In this document: one piece after another, positions 11,101 to 24,538 of the stretch
Layout: every line of letters starts with the position of its first letter
How positions within the stretch are numbered: the stretch's first letter is position 1
Assembly: GCF_964355755.1 (NCBI RefSeq)
Contig: NC_092675.1
Location: 11,279,812-11,343,811, forward strand
Origin: Antedon mediterranea
Lineage: Eukaryota; Animalia; Echinodermata
Direction: 5' to 3'
DNA: 64,000 bases
Notes under the pieces: model-generated
Databases searched by the model: none
Seen by the model: only the letters and a program-made list of their open reading frames with translations
What the model was told of the DNA's origin: nothing
Translations under genes and position numbers: made by a program

Positions 11101-14100
11101 TGGAAGCTGATGAGTTGTAGATTCATGTAAAATTTTTACCTACCGGGTGTTCTGAAATCACCATATGGCCACTCGAATTTGAAAAATAGAATTTTGTTTT
11201 CTTTTGTACTAGTTAATCACATTTAATAGAGCGCATTGCGCTCCCCATTTTCTCCTAGATTGTAATACGTTCTTGCTAAATCTTTTTTTTTTCGCATGAG
11301 TTAAAAATAATGTTTATTACGTCATCATAACAAAATTAGAATAACGTGATTTACTTAATTTCATCTATACATTATATTTTAATCTGTTATATCTCATCGG
11401 AAAATGACCCACGTGATTAAGACTTATTATGGAAGTTGTTGAATTGTAGATATGAATTCATATACAAATTTTGTCTATCTGATGTCATCATATGGCCAGT
11501 TGAATTAAAAAAATCGGATTTCCATCTCTTAAGTAAAAGCTCATCGCATTTAAAAGAGAGTGCATCTCAATTTTACGTGCCTAAAATTCTTCTGTAATTA
11601 TTTAGATAATTATCTTCTAAAGTAGTTACCTTTATAAATAGGTCAATTTGATGACGTTATTGTGTTAATAATTAGATTTAAAAGATGGGGTCTCGTAATT
11701 TCATCTATGCTACATATTTAATTCATGTCATAGAATGACATAATTAGTATCGACGTTCATATAGTTCAACATATGTGCATGTTGCCTTTCTGTAAATAAC
11801 CCGAACTCGTCAAAGTGACGGTGAATCTAGTTAGGCTATTGCTCTCGGTTATTTTCAAAAATTTCGTTTTTTTCTGCTCAATTTTTTGTCACGCAGATCT
11901 CGAAAACAGCAATAGCAGTTATGTTGTAACTTGGACAGCAGATGCACGTATGTAGTTGTGCAACCGACTTTGATTTAATGAAAATATGGTTGTGTAGCGT
12001 AACTACGCGCGATTTTCTGAAATTCTTAAATTGACTATAAATTAAAAACTTTCAAATGAAACTTGGACACACGTATGCTTCATGTCAAGGGTCATCTTCA
12101 TGTATCATCAGCAAAATTGTAAACATTCAAGGTCCAGGTCATGCGCACGTTAAAAATTTTAAAAACTCAAAATGAAGTTTTGATCAATTTAGAGCATTTG
12201 TCTGTTTCAAAAAATGCGATTTTTAGAAGGCGTAAAAGAAAAGATAATTTGTTGTACAAATCAAATTCTACTCACAATCCATTCCACAATACATTCACCG
12301 AAGTGCATCTATGTTATTTGAGCCAGATTTTCACTCAAATTTCAGTTTCAAAGTTTGATGACAGAGTTACACATCTCGAACTGTTCTAGTTTCTTATTAA
12401 ATCCAAAAATAATTACTTTGGTTTTTATAAAATTCAATTTGTTTTTAAATACAAATCAGTAACGTTATTATAGAATGTTTGCCTGGTTTTTGATTGTCAG
12501 AATCTAAAGGTTACCTTAAATATATGTATTTTATTTTTATAGGTAAGCAATCGATATATTACACAGTTAAAGGACTCGCACGCAAGTCACCCATTTGTGC
12601 AGGATCTTGTCAATAAGGTATTGTTTTTTACAATTTTTCGTCTTGTCCTCTTGATTTTCTTAATAATTAAGAATTTGCTAATGGAGCTCAAACTCAATAT
12701 TATGTTTTTCTCATGGAAAAAACAGTGGGAGACACTGTTTAATTATAATTTTGTTCCAGTATTTTCATTTGCAAATCATGAGGAAAGTGTAAACATTATG
12801 TTTTATGAATAATGAAACAAAATGACAACACTTAGATTAAATGAAATAATAATGTTACTGTCAAATTATTTGGAAGATGCATATTAATATTCCTTTCTAA
12901 TGAAAATGTGTCCATAATGGCCAGAAGTATGATTAAAATTGCTGTTCCAAAACACCTGCTATAGTACGATCTTGTTTTATTCTCAGAGTCTCACCTTCAG
13001 TTATATGATTAAATACATGTCATGTCACTATACTGTGTGTTTACATTGGATTTATAGTTATCTATGCATTCTATTAATGTTTCTTTAATATATCTATAAG
13101 AGCTTATTTTTGTGAGCTCTCATAGATATTAAAGAAACATTCAACTTATTGTTATGTATTCATCCACATTCTTACCTTTGTTACTGTGCAAATAAAAGCA
13201 CTAACATTGTTATTTGTAGTTTTAGTTATAATTATCAAGTCTATTCTAGACCCAGCTTACATCATGAGGTTTACAGTATCTGTCCCATTTAATATTGGTC
13301 ATGATCAATTAGTATGATCTTGCTATCTAAAGGACACAGTTGTGATAACTACTTCACTATTACAATCTGTGCATTCGCAAGTCAACTAACAAACACATTA
13401 ACTGCCAAAACATGTTCAGTTGCATTTTGCTGTTCCCTCTCTTTTGTGGTATCTCAGAGAGATACCACAAAAGAATGTATATTTTTTCCTTTAAAGTTGA
13501 ATTGCAGAGGTAATTGCCTAACCACTGCAACATTGACGTAGTTTCAATTCCCAGTTTCATGAGTCTAGTTCAGTTATTGTTCATTTGGCATTAATTGTTT
13601 TTCGTGCTGAGCCAGCTATATTCCCAGAAGACTACTCATTCAGAAGCTATATCAAGCGGAAGCTGTAGTTCTAGAGGCTGACAGTTTTGGAATTTTGTAA
13701 ACTTGGCCAGGTCATGCTCTAATTACAAACCCCAAGGCACGTCTGGGAGAAGAGAGTCTATGAAAACATTTGCTGGTAATACAGTATACTTGAGATGCAT
13801 GTAGACTCTAATTTGTAAAATCTTTTAAAAAAAATAATGACTTTGTTCTTGCTGTCAATCTAGGCCGGTATTATAATAATTCACTGTCAAATCAGTAAAA
13901 TCAAAAATTTATTTTGGCTGTCAACCTATAGGCCGGTATTTACAATCCCATTTGACTGTCAATCTAGGCTGATATTATAATAATTCGCCGTCAGATAATC
14001 ATTGAATTATCATCAAAACAGTTCGTGGTTGACTTCTGCTCTTACAAGACGCTAAAAACTCTTCAACTTTAGGGTGTTGTATAAACACAGCCTATTAGTA

Positions 14101-17100
14101 GAGGATTATTATATTTGTGAATGCTATGCTGGTGAAGCATATAATGTGTATGTTCAATATCTATTGCACTATTGTGTTTTGAATAATCAATTATCAAACA
14201 TATTTAAACATTTTATATAATTCCTTCTATAGCATTATAAAGTTGACTTTTTCTTTTTCCCTCACAAAATTTGATTAGGATACTTATTATTGCTCATAAT
14301 ATACGTGCCTTTGATACTAAGGAGGTTTTTAAAGGTTATTGTGATTAAAGTGTGCATAAGATACAGCTTCAAATTAATAGTGATCTGTAATGTGTATTTT
14401 GATGACAACCCTAGCATCTCAATATGGCTTGAGTTACACATAATCTATTTGGCTGTGGCTTTAATATCTAAGTAGGATAAGGCAGTGTTTATAGGTTTCC
14501 TAATAAAAATCGCTATACACTAAATAGCTAGTTAAATTAATAGGAAGTAGTAATACTGAAAGTAATTGAGTAAACAACCCCCTCTAGTTTGACTTAATTC
14601 TTGGTCTATTTCATACTTATTCTTTCAGTGCAATTGCATATTATCGATTAATATTTATTTTAACTTTGTAGAATTAGATGTGGAGAGACTGGAATTTAAC
14701 TCCGGAATTATAAAATGAGGCTTTGTGGTGAAGCTATTTCACATTATGTTGCATTGATTGATTCTACTTTATTAAGCAGAAAGACATTTGACCGTTTAAT
14801 TGAACCCTGTAGGCTGGGAGGAAATGAAAGCGATACTTATGAGTTGAGGGTAATATGTTTTGCAAAAGACATGCAGCTTCTCAGTGAACAACCCTATGTC
14901 ACTGTAATTTATATTTCATTTAGATCTTTAAGGTATTCATACATATTATACTTACATACTTTTGAAACCAAAATGACATCTGTTTCACCAATTAACCAAA
15001 TATGGAATGTTATCCTACGTCATTCAATGTTTGCAGTATGTTATGTATGATATAATATGATAGAGACTTGTATTTTTAATTTAATTTTGTATATCTAAAA
15101 TAATTAATAAAAATGGTAAAAAATGATTAGAGACATTTCAGTTCAGTTCAACAACATCTGATGCGCGGCTAATATTCTCAAAAGCCTAACATTGTATTTC
15201 CATTCATGTCGGCCACTTGATTTCATTTAGTACTCCCAAATCACTCTTTATCCAGAATTGTGAAGGTATTTGTTTTGATGTTACCGAACTAGCGAAACAA
15301 CACTCAGTGCTGTACGTTTATTAATGCAATATTCACTATTAAAATGGCATGAAAAAAAAAAACATTTTGAGCTATACTATTATTCAGGCCCAGCAGCTAC
15401 ATTCAGCACTGATGCTCTTTTGCAAATTGATTCCAACTCCTCTAAAAGTATATCAGATCTACTGAGCACACAATTCATGACCCCTAAATCTACACAGGAG
15501 GCCCCTTGTGTACTAAAATGATAAATTTGCATACAAGGCCCTAAAAAAACCAAAAAAAAAACATTGATATCTTTAATACAAGCTTCGTTACAATGCATAG
15601 TACAATCAACATTCCGTAGTATGTCATAGGAGATCCTGACATCCAAACACAATAATTTGTAATTCTTTCATAAAGTTATCATATCAATGTTGTATAAAAC
15701 TCCATCGTGTGAGTGTCGTAACAGGAAATTGACAACACAGATACGATTTTTGTAAATTTCTAATTAATCATTTATAGCCAAATTCTTGAATGGGGAAAAC
15801 ATTGTAAATCTAAAATATAAATAAACATAGAATAACATCTAACAAAAAAAACATAGAGCACAGTAACATAACATAGAGCACAGTAACATAACATAGAACA
15901 AAATAACATAACATAGAACAAAATAACATAACATAGAGCACAGTAACATAACATAGAGCACAGTAACATAACATAGAGCACAGTAACATAACATAGAACA
16001 AAATAACATGACATAGAACAAAATAACATAACATAGAACAAAATAACATAACATAGAGCACAGTAACATAACATAGAGCACAGTAACATAACATAGAACA
16101 AAATAACATAACATAGAGCACAGTAACATAACATAGAGCACAGTAACATAACATAGAACAAAATAACATAACATAGAGCACAGTAACATAACATAGAGCA
16201 CAGTAACATAACATAGAGCACAGTAACATACATAGAGCACAGTAACATAACATAGAGCACAGTAACATAACATAGAGCACAGTAACATAACATAGAACAA
16301 AATAACATAACATAGAACAAAATAACATAACATAGAGCACAGTAACATAACATAGAGCACAGTAACATAACATAGAAAACAAAATAACAAATTCAAACAT
16401 TCAGTATTTATATTTGAAATTTGTATGCAATTAATGGAAAATACATTTGACATTTATATTTATGAGTGACACAGTTCTCAAACCAGTGTCTAAGTGAATC
16501 TACAGTTTTCTAAATTAATTGCATTGCATTTTATTAATTTACATTTCTAAGAAAATTATACTTTTGAATGATTGTTGCAATGAAATTAATCATTTTCTTT
16601 AGTGCGATGTTATATTGATAATATTATATTGCATGATCATGTCATATAATGGGATTATTTTTTAATGAATATTAACTAGATATTAATTGGTTAATCCTCA
16701 CTTGGCAGATAACCATTGTGATTGTCAGAATCTTTCCTTTTTTCAGTAGTATTGGTTTTCCGAAATCAATGAGGAAACTCTTTTAGTTGTCAAGTCTTTA
16801 ACCAACCAAGTTTTTCTTTTTTGTTTCCTTCAATTTTTTTCTGTGACATTTCATTTTATAATATGGTCATCATCTAACCTTTATTTGTAGTTATTTCTGG
16901 TTGTTTTATTCACAAAATTACTTTTTTTTTTTATGGATTCATAAAATTGCCCATAGCAGTAAGATCTAAATTGCGACAGAACATTTAAAATTCAAAGATA
17001 TATAAAAAAATGCAATTTCGAAGTTATACAATTACAAGTCAAATTTTGTATTACAAATAATCTGATGAGGCCTAGGCTAGAATTTAAGTTTTATTAAACG

Positions 17101-19229
17101 AAATTATCAACACACAAAACCTAAAGAAGGTGATAAATTGCTATAATAATAGTATAAATTATTATACTGTATATGAAGGTATGGAAGCCACCTTTATTCA
17201 AATCTTTTAGCGTGATGACTTCATCAAATTGAAACTACTTTTTTCCGTTGTATGTATTTATTTGGGTATTAGGTTATTTTAATAATTTAAAGTATCTCTC
17301 AAAGCTATTGATCTAACATTAATAAAATTCAATCCATATCTTTCTGACATTGTATCTACTTCATCTCAACAGAATTTATTAAGATATTAAAAAAATCTAA
17401 GAATATGTGCATCTTTTTAATATTGTACTTCTAAAAAAAAGGTATATCAATTTGATCTCTGTTGCATTGATTGATTCATACATCAAATTTAAATATAAAA
17501 TAGATAATATGGAATTCTGACAATAACACCAAAAATTCATTGCTATTAAGCCTAATCATTGTTATTCCTTGAAATCAGTAAGTAATTCATTAGGTGAATG
17601 GCCTATTATTGTGTCTTTCTACCCGTTTTTTGTGGTTGCATTTCTGTAAAATCATGGACAGAAAATCTTTTTATGATAGCAAACATGTAGTATTTTATTT
17701 CTAGTAACAAGTTCACCGACTTCGATTAGAATTGCTAATGTTGATCCTATATATAAATTATGCTTATTCTGAGACAATGAAAAATATGTGTACTTCCATC
17801 TTGGTTATAGGTAGTTTTGATTTGAAGTTTGAGTTAAAGTATACAATATTGTTTCACATTTGTCTTGTTAAAAAAAATAAACATTCTTTTTTATTGCTCA
17901 CTGCCTTGGGAAATAAAACAGTTTCCTTTATGTGTACTACTCACTTCCGGTCCCAGCCCAAAACACCCGTCCCAGCCCAAAACACCCAATCATCCTCCCT
18001 CTCTCTTATAGGCTGTGGATGGGGGCCACCAACTATGTCTTTTAAAGGGCCCACAATGCATATTTTTCAGTGCAAAACATTGTTCAATATGTGTTAAGTA
18101 TGTGAGACTTGGTTGGTATTACTCCATACATTTTACACTCTTCATACCAATCACAAGTACATATTTCAAGGCTCAAGTTTACTCAAGGCATAATTAAATT
18201 CCACTTACTAGAGGACGAGTGCGGCCATTTTAAAATTTATTTTACCATGCTGAGCAGAAAATCCTATTTATAGCCATCATCAGGCTCAAATCAATACAAT
18301 TGTTTTTTAGACTAGGTAGGTATACGGATGTTTATTAATTCACTTGTCAGGTGATTTGAATTGATTGATTTGTTGTTTGAAGCGGGCAAATGAGCATGGA
18401 AATTCAGATTAGTTGATGCATATGTCTTTATAGTATTTTTAATTGCTTCTAGTTTTAATCTTACAGTGACATATATAATATAACTTCAGTACTATGACCC
18501 AGAATTTTTGGATACCAATATTCAGAGAAAACCTCTATTAAGGGGACAGTTTTTTCTGAAATAAATGAGTGACAATATAATAGCCAATGAGATTTTAGAG
18601 GACACTTTGTTGGGTCCTAAAGGTGTCCCTTTAATAAATAGGGGTTCTACTCTATCTGAATATTCAGGTTACTCATTTAAATGTGAAGACTGTTAGTTAC
18701 TATAGTGTGCTGACTATGGTAGGCACTGCATTCTGGCTACCATGGATCTGGAGGGGACCAAATCCAAATATCCACCAGTTTATGAGCATGATTAACCTAT
18801 TGCAAACAAGTGTTAATATTTGAACCATAAGAAACCATAACTAAAGCTATTACACAAATGTTTTGGAGATAAATTTGTGTTTAAAGACAAAATCCTATTA
18901 TTAATTACATTGCGAGTTGCTACACCACTATACTTATTAATGTAAATTTACAAATTGTAATGTGCAAATGTTGTGGAAACAATAAAAATACAGTACTAAC
19001 ATGTTTTAAGTTTGATGATGACAATACTTCAGGTATTAAGGTAAAACTAAACTAAAAACTCCTATAACTTAGAACATTCCCCCCCCCCCCCACACACCTC
19101 CCATCATGTATATTGTATGAATTAATAAACTAATTTATAATTAAAAATTTATAATTACATTTTTTAATTTCATTTTTTTTGTAGGAGAATGAACTAGATA
19201 TTCTCGCCAGGCAATTTGTATCCTCATAA
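8018..19229 (+). CDS. COPE: Coatomer subunit epsilon (epsilon-COP), 3' part: join(8018-8173,9446-9514,12543-12617,19185-19229); earlier exons lie upstream of the window
   Basis: Spliced product [18 protein letters not shown]...[74 protein letters not shown] is the epsilon-COP C-terminus. All introns are phase-0 GT-AG. Confidence 0.95.
9446..9514 (+). CDS. COPE: COPE internal exon (23 aa)
   Basis: cacag|GATAGC...CCTGAG|gtaagg; [23 protein letters not shown]. Confidence 0.95.
9688..10440. mobile_element. piggyBac-type non-autonomous element
   Basis: 14-bp TIR CCCATTGACTGCCG / CGGCAGTCAATGGG. Right flank is TTAA, left flank TTAG (one change). Subterminal ttcgcataaatgcgaagt occurs twice. Confidence 0.85.
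10508..12390 (+). mobile_element. One or two decayed Helitron/Helentron-like non-autonomous elements
   Basis: Hairpin taggtgatcattt..aaatgatcaccta at about 10512-10543; hairpin cgtcaaagtgacg followed by ctagtt at about 11808-11832; a second ctagtt end at about 12390. Confidence 0.35.
12543..12617 (+). CDS. COPE: COPE penultimate exon (25 aa)
   Basis: tttttatag|GTAAGCAAT...AATAAG|gtattg; [19 protein letters not shown]. Confidence 0.92.
13853..13995. repeat. Short degenerate tandem repeat (3 copies of tgtcaatctaggccggtatt)
   Basis: Motif at about 13853, 13919 and 13957. Confidence 0.6.
15851..16378. repeat. 20-bp minisatellite, about 26 units of two variants
   Basis: A=acatagagcacagtaacata and B=acatagaacaaaataacata, in order AA BB AAA BBB AA B AA B AAAAAA BB AA. 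Confidence 0.97.
18523..18652. mobile_element. Small Tc1/mariner-pogo type MITE
   Basis: cagagaaaacctctattaaggggaca ... tgtccctttaataaataggggttctactc forms an imperfect TIR. Confidence 0.55.
19185..19229 (+). CDS. COPE: COPE last coding exon
   Basis: ttttgtag|GAGAATGAA...TCA TAA; [20 protein letters not shown] follows at about 19488. Confidence 0.88.
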   Translation, partial: ENELDILARQFVSS

Positions 19230-19618
19230 AGAAATCTTCATTTGAATAGTGATTTTCATACTTGATGCTCCTTGACCCGTCATAGAATGATAATCATCTC
19301 ACCTGCTGAACATCTACATACTCATTAACTTGGATTCTCGTTAATGAAACACTGCTGATTAGCTGACTTTCAGTGATTATGTTTACAAACTCATATCTCA
19401 TTGTATATGTTGTACTGGTAGATTTAGAAAATTGAAAAAAAAAACTATAATGACAATATTTTGATAATCAAAAACATCAGGGCTTTAAATAAAAATCTGC
19501 TCTATCCAATTAGATAATAAGTTTGTTATTAAATAAGAATCATTACAACATGATTCTTGATGTATTATTTATTTTTATAGGTTGTTTTCATAACCCAATC
19601 TACAAAGATAAATGGACT

Positions 19619-19968
19619 TTTTTTGCTGCATAAAAATAACCGGTTAAAATCAATGTGAATAAATTAACTGCATTCCTTGGGAGGAGAAACAGGACAAACT
19701 TGTGGTAACTGGTTAAAAGGCAGTGCCAAATAACCGGTTAAAAACACCCATTCAATTCTGTGTTAGAACGCCATTTAACTGGTTATCGCTGGACAACTTT
19801 TACCTGCAACACAAAATAACGGTTATTTGATTGACAACTGATGACCCCGAGTCAACTACACGGCAGTAAGGTTTGAATTAACCGCCAGGACCAATTGCAT
19901 TTTGGGTAATTCTTACTATTTTTGTCAACGACCGCCCACTGATTTAACCAGTTATTTTGGAGCACAAA
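19619..19968. mobile_element. Palindromic MITE-like element with repeated aataaccggttaaa motifs
   Basis: tgctgcataaaaataaccggttaaaatcaatg at the left end mirrors cactgatttaaccagttattttggagca at the right end. Confidence 0.45.
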
Positions 19969-21234
19969 GTGAGCAGCATCGCAGTCTTGATATTTTTAAT
20001 CCATTTTAAAATAAACTGTAATTTGTGCAAGTGCAATTGAGAACACTGTACTTAGATGTTCAATTAAAATCATTTGGTTTCACTTTTAAAACCATGCTGT
20101 GTTTACTTAAACAATCGATCATGTCCATTTTGATCCAAGTAAACCTTGTCAAATATTGCATGCTGTCAATATCATTTTCATTTCATAAATCAAAATAGAG
20201 TAAAGACATGTTTAAAGTAGTGTATAGAACATTTCATCGATGTTCTATTCATATTGATACACGGTTTGAAAACACATACAGTAATTTGCTTGCTGCTTTC
20301 TGAGCTTGAATAGTTGTATACATGTCTATTAAAAAACCAATGGAGACATCAAGGTGCTGATTGCAGCATTTTAAAATAAAAGCTTATATACTATAATATC
20401 ATTTAATTATTTCTGTCACTGAAAAAAAACACTATTTTCTTAATTGTATGTGGGCGTATGTGTTTATTAGCCATTTTTATTTATTTATTACTCTCCTCAC
20501 AATGATACTGGGTTCCCAACATTAAATGCACAATATAAATTTATTGTTAAAATAATCTATAGTAAAATAACTTAACATAATAGTGTATACAGTATAAAAA
20601 TCTTCGTTGAATTCTAGTGAACCATTGTGGTTTGTGTGGACAAAATCATTTTGTGGAAAATAACCATGTTATTTAATAGAAATTATGTTAAGCTTTTATA
20701 ACGAATTGTATAAGTATAATTTAATGAGTTTGTTATTAGTTAATAGATTGCGAAATTGGGAACATTTGTTGAAAGAAATTAATTATAAAGGCTTGGATTT
20801 TGATCTGGTAATTATTCACTTGCATTCTGTAAAATGTTCAAAACCTGAGCGTGCAATATAACCTTCAATCTAAAATTTCGCATTATAATTATGATATTAT
20901 ATATATAAAATAGAAGCACCATAGTTTTACGCAGTGATCTGGGTCTAGAATAGATTAGTAATATTTACTACACGATTATTTTGCCATATTGAATTGCAAT
21001 GTAACGCATATTAACCGGTCACACACTACTGCTTAACATAGCACATTGTAGTCTCAACAAATTGTCCGTGCCGCTTTATCAAAGCATTATCAATACTGAC
21101 TCATCGGTTTAATTTCCATAAAGTTCACTTCTTCGATCAGCCTCTGCACTCAACAATCGACCATTCTTGAAGCTATAGGCCTACTATTCTTTTGTGGTTC
21201 GTCGCCAACATAATTTAAAGACTGCAATTGAAAT

Positions 21235-21660
21235 GTAATATATAATAAGAGTTCGGTATCCACAAAGGATTTCTAACATACATTTGTATAAGAGATGCAA
21301 CGGACGACCCTTATCTTTAGAAATCTTCGAAGCACGATGGAAGCTTTTCGGACATATATTGATTGACAAGATAGGAATACACCAGCAAATCTGGCCATAA
21401 AGTTCCACTTCACAAACACAAAACACACAAAAATACAGAGGTAGGTCTATATGCACACTTCCAGTTACAATGACATAAAAAAGTGAACCCCCCTAGCATG
21501 ATGAGGCTGGAGACAATGAAAGATGTTGACTATTTTAGAAAGTTGGCCAACAAACGAAAGGAATGGAGAAACCTGGTACAAAGAGTAAGCAAGGCAGCCC
21601 AGGCGGAGAAATCAGAAGATTACTCGGCGAAGAGGCACGAAATAATAAATAATAATAATT
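21235..21660 (+). mobile_element. RTE-clade LINE 3' fragment
   Basis: IIRVRYPQRISNIHLYKRC..LSLEIFEARWKLFGHIL and FRKLANKRKEWRNLVQRVSKAA, ending in a (TAA)n tail. Confidence 0.75.
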
Positions 21661-22196
21661 GAAATGTTGATTATGCTTTTAATTATTATCTACATATAAA
21701 TGAATACATATTACTATTACTTCTGTACTTATTATATCAGAGAATTTATTAGAACACAAATTTTGTTCTTCCACATTCATGGTATACGTATATCTGTTAT
21801 ATTCAGCACACTATATGAAAGATGGAAATGCATTTTAAAACCTTGCAATATTTTAAATATTCATTGATCTTTTAAGGCATATGCCTCCCTCATGCCTTTC
21901 TACAGTATAAAATGACAATTAATTTTCATCAATATTACCAATGTCTTTTTGCCGACGCGACCAACGACCAACCATAATGATTTAGCTGGCTGTAAATCTT
22001 TAATAATAATTGTAATTGAAACTTTCTGCGAATTGGTCCGACGACGCTACAAAGACTACACGATACCAGGGAACTCTTCCCTGACGATACAAAACAACAT
22101 TATTACTTTTCTCCGTGTATCATGCTTTCAAACATGATAGCAGCACACCGGTTTAAAACACAAGTACAGTAATTCATTTAACGTATTTGGTAAATT

Positions 22197-22300
22197 AACA
22201 AGGCCATATACTTGGCTGCAGTCGCGTGCGCAAATTTGAGTTAGTGTTTACCGACCGACACAGTGAGCTGTGTAGAGTCGCGTTTGTACGCGACTAAAAA
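22197..22300 (+). mobile_element. HINE/DINE-1-like short element, copy 1
   Basis: aacaaggccat..cagtcgcgt..(accg)n..gagtcgcgt-ttgt-acgcgactaaaaa terminal hairpin. Confidence 0.7.
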
Positions 22301-24467
22301 CGGTGAAAAACAAAGACAGAATTTGGCGAAAGTCTGTTTTAAATTGGATAGCGACTCTTCAACTGTTCATGAAAATGTAACCTGTAACATATCAAGTATT
22401 TAGGCCTAGTCGGCTTTTTCTCCTTCCCACTAAATCTCCTCATATTTTGTTTATCATTTCTAAATTAATTAATATTATATCACCGGGAGTGACGTATAAA
22501 GTAAATATTTGTTGTTTTTTTCAAAACATCCATTCATATTTCAAAGCCTAAGGTTATGTTGTCATAAATACAAAAGGTAAAGATCGTAAAATGTGTGGCG
22601 TCCATATTGTGGATTCTATCGCAAGTGAAATAAATTAATTTGAATCGTTGCGTATCGTATTGTCTAAATTTAAGTGTGGATAAAAATATATTATTAATAT
22701 GCCAATAAAAATACAATATATTATATTATATAACTTAGTATTACTCACAGACTTTTAATTTCTATGAACAATTATAATATGTATAATCGTCGGACAGTCT
22801 CGAATTGCACAGATTAATTTAAATTTGATATTGAAAGGTGACCATATAACAAGTAGGCCCCGATAATTAAATAATGTATATTTTAGAACCAGTTTACTAG
22901 GCTGTAGTGAATGTGGAAATGTTTTCATGAACATCGAGTTTTTGAAATTCAAATAATACATAAATTAAATTCCTATAAAATATTATAAACAAGATTCTGT
23001 GACGCTACGATCTTCTGAAGTTACTTGTGAGACGTGTTCCATTTACATATTTCTATTTATGGATCAATGTATTTTATAATAGGCCTAGAATTGTAATTGC
23101 TATCAATTTTGTTTGGATGTGAGAAGGTTTAATGTCCAAAATCATTATCCGTTCAAATATAAATTAGTATTCATTTGGAAAAGCGTGTGAGAAACATCAT
23201 ATTTTGTCAATATTTTGTTTCAACGTAATTACAGACGTTAATGAGAGATTTCGCTTTAGTTATACATAAATAATCTAATTCAGGTTCGTGTGAGCGATTA
23301 TTGCATCATATCTGCGTCGTAGTTACTGATACTTTCAATTTGCACAAATGACATTTCACCCGACCGCCTTCAAAAACTATTATGACTTTTGTACGCACAC
23401 ATTGACACAGATAGATATGTGCACGGAACGGAAGCCTAAATTCATTTTGGAGGCAATCCGGACAAGGACCACCTTTGTAATATTTTACTAATTTTAGATG
23501 GATCTTTACCAAATTCAAACCACTTAAAGGTAAAGCTAAAAATGACTCCATTAAGTTTTGGAGGCAATCTGGAGCAGGCTTCCAATTACCTCCGTCAAGA
23601 AGGTATTATATTTAAGAACTGCACACATTATAATATATGCGAATGTTTGTGTGCGCGTACTGCGCGGGTACGACCTGGATTATTGATCCTTTTCCTCTTT
23701 TTATTCCTTGGCTTTGGTCCCGGATTTTAAACTTAAGAATGATGAATCCTTAATCAGTATGTTCATAAGTATTTGATGGGAATTTCGTTGATGTACTCAA
23801 ATTAAATAGCACTAATTAAAGTCGTTCTTAAGTAAATTTAGCACAGGAATGGTCACTTAAGAATTATGGCTTTTGAACATTTTAGAATTGGTTTGGTCCA
23901 TGTACCCGATATGCTAATTAAATCCAATTTTAGGGGTAATTTGGGTGGTTCCCCCTTAAAATTGAACAGGACCCGTCACTTAAGAATTGCCATTTCTGGG
24001 TCCCATAGACCATATCTACATAGGCCTACTCCACACCTCAAACCTTTTGTACTCAAATTGCTAATTAAAACCTTCTGGGCTCCCAGACTATATACTCTAT
24101 CACTTGAATTGACCAGTTATCCCAAAATATGTCTATAAATATGAAATTTATTATAATAACTATTATTATTGGGGCTTATCTACAAACACCTATAGAAATC
24201 ATTTGACTAAAGGCCTCGACTACCGTAATTGACCAATCAGATAACAGTATGAGGAAGATATAATGAGGCAGATCAATGCTCTTAGGAGAAAAGCCTTTTC
24301 ATATATTTTCTATTTTTTTTACAAATTACCTGATCTAACTTACAGTTATAATAAAAATATTTTGGTAAATTGTCATCAAAAACCCTGTTTTCAAAGTATT
24401 TCCCGGCATTTTTAAGTACAAATAATTTGAGAAAAGGTTTTATCTGCAATTTTACCCCCCACAATAA

Positions 24468-24538
24468 AACAAGTTAGTGTTTACCGACCAACCGACAGAC
24501 ATAGTGAGCTGTAGATTCGCGTTGCACGCGACCAAAAA
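24468..24538 (+). mobile_element. HINE/DINE-1-like short element, partial copy 2
   Basis: accgaccaaccgacagacatagtgagctgtagattcgcgttgcacgcgaccaaaaa. Confidence 0.65.

Noticed and set aside
15772-16453. Three ~200-aa Cys/Tyr/Leu-rich ORFs, or a CRISPR-like array
   Set aside because: Pure 20-bp tandem repeat with no unique spacers; open frames come from a stop-free repeat unit.
17060-17085. ctgatgaggcctaggctagaa resembling a hammerhead core
   Set aside because: No GAAA after stem II and no stem I or III partners.
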